The notes beneath the pieces were generated by a model. That model did no database searches and was not told the origin of the DNA. It was given only the letters and a program-made list of their open reading frames with translations. Positions 62,930 to 64,000 of a stretch of DNA of 64,000 nt are shown one piece after another. The DNA is taken from the NCBI GenBank assembly GCA_035457485.1, contig DATIBO010000006.1, positions 14,300 through 78,299 of the forward strand. The letters are read 5' to 3'. Source of the stretch: Candidatus Saccharimonadales bacterium. GTDB lineage: Bacteria; Patescibacteriota; Saccharimonadia; Saccharimonadales; EFPC-124. Made by a program: the position numbers and the translations under genes. Within the stretch, counting starts at the first letter, position 1. Every line of letters starts with the position of its first letter.

Positions 62930-63997
62930 TTATTGGATGTAGTCGTGCAAACGCTTAGAATCTTTATGTTTGCGTAATTTACTCAACGCCTTAGCTTCGA
63001 TCTGGCGAATACGCTCACGAGTGACGCTAAATTCCTGGCCAACTTCTTCTAGCGTGTGACTTTTGCCGTCATCTAAACCAAATCGCATTTTTAAGATTTT
63101 TTGCTCGCGCTCGGTCAAAACACCAAGCATATCGCGAACTTGCTCTTTTAACAGCTGCATTGCCGCAGATTCTTCTGGACTCTGGGCATCTTCATCCTCA
63201 ATAAAATCACCTAAAACACTATCATCGTCGTCGTCACGCACGTTTGCATCAAGAGATGTAATATCTTGCTTGATTTTCATAACGTATTCGATTTTCTCAG
63301 GTTCCATTTCCATTTCAACCGCAAGTTCTTCGATAGTCGGCTCACGGTTAAGCTCCTGGGTCATACGGCGCTGAGTGCGTAAAAGTTTGTTGATTGTCTC
63401 GACCATGTGCACTGGTATGCGAATTGTACGCGCTTGATCGGCAATCGCACGGGTGATTGCCTGGCGAATCCACCAAGTTGCGTAAGTGCTAAATTTAAAG
63501 CCTTTGTCTGGGTCGAATTTTTCAACCGCGCGCAACAAACCTGTGTTACCTTCTTGAATCAAATCCAAGAAATCTAGCCCACGACCACTATAACGCTTAG
63601 CGATACTCACCACCAAACGCATGTTAGCTTCAGCCATTTGATCTTTAGGTAGACTAAGTTTTTTAGCGCGTGCCGAAAGCTTCTCAAGCTCTTCCGTCAT
63701 TCTTGCGGAAGCCTCACCTTTTTTGGTTTTTTCTTCAATATCGGCAATCTTATCCTGAACTTCTTCTAACTCGGCTCGGTTTTCGACAACTTGCTTAGCC
63801 AAGCCCAGTTCTTCTTCTGGGTTTAAAAGTGGGATCTTGCCAATCTCACGCAAGTATAGGCGAACCGAATCGTCCGAGATGTCATCTAGATAAGCTGGCG
63901 CAGAATCATCTTCCTGCCACTCTTCGCTCTCTTCTAAATCATCCGCCATTGGCTCTATCGAGTCATCTGACATCTGAAAATCATCCTTTACGACCAA
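62930..63997 (-). CDS. rpoD: Primary RNA polymerase sigma factor
   Basis: An acidic N-terminus is present. Region 2 is [39 protein letters not shown] and region 4 is [24 protein letters not shown]. The start lies near the window edge and may be ATG 63973. Confidence 0.9.
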   Translation of the reverse strand: MVVKDDFQMSDDSIEPMADDLEESEEWQEDDSAPAYLDDISDDSVRLYLREIGKIPLLNPEEELGLAKQVVENRAELEEVQDKIADIEEKTKKGEASARMTEELEKLSARAKKLSLPKDQMAEANMRLVVSIAKRYSGRGLDFLDLIQEGNTGLLRAVEKFDPDKGFKFSTYATWWIRQAITRAIADQARTIRIPVHMVETINKLLRTQRRMTQELNREPTIEELAVEMEMEPEKIEYVMKIKQDITSLDANVRDDDDDSVLGDFIEDEDAQSPEESAAMQLLKEQVRDMLGVLTEREQKILKMRFGLDDGKSHTLEEVGQEFSVTRERIRQIEAKALSKLRKHKDSKRLHDYIQ

Positions 63998-64000
63998 CTC

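Overview
This window is 64 kb of a gene-dense, streamlined bacterial chromosome. Hand-counted 60-nt samples of ordinary genes give about 45% GC. Gene content and protein sequences resemble a Patescibacteria/CPR organism, probably Saccharibacteria-like; that placement is inference, not a database result.

Most of the window is housekeeping, largely on the minus strand:
- infC-rpmI-rplT, RNase P RNA, a Nudix-RNase HI fusion, rpmB, miaA, an ATL protein and thrS
- six tRNAs, all with encoded CCA
- an nrdR-like gene, a GT2 glycosyltransferase, a PPIase, ndk and xerC
- a complete secretin-less type IV pilus locus (pilM-N-O, pilB, pilT, pilC, pilA, pilD, four minor pilins), preceded by three large envelope proteins
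- a minimal K+ channel, ychF, and rpsF-ssb-rpsR-efp-tlyA
- ftsK, yajQ, RNase J, UDG, pnp, rpsO, truB, a DHH-like protein, rpsT
- a dut-HAD-orphan-mutM-holA operon, a deaminase, polA, two sigma-70 factors and uppS

I saw no rRNA, CRISPR array, transposase, integrase-bearing island or phage genes.

The observations most worth a second look:
1. Seven sharply bounded islets of 0.4-0.85 kb have 60-67% GC. Each carries one gene, or a pair of micro-ORFs, wedged between conserved housekeeping genes. Several encode envelope or secreted products.
2. Leaderless gene starts recur: a -10 hexamer sits exactly 6-7 nt upstream of the start codon with no Shine-Dalgarno sequence.
3. The 9-mer GCTTATGCT/AGCATAAGC occurs only in promoter-proximal intergenic DNA, mainly around the pilus and envelope genes.
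4. There are several unusual proteins: a catalytically degenerate DHH domain with a ~400 aa Pro/Ala/Glu tail, a 108 aa K+ channel, the Nudix-RNase H fusion, and an ATL with PWHRV.
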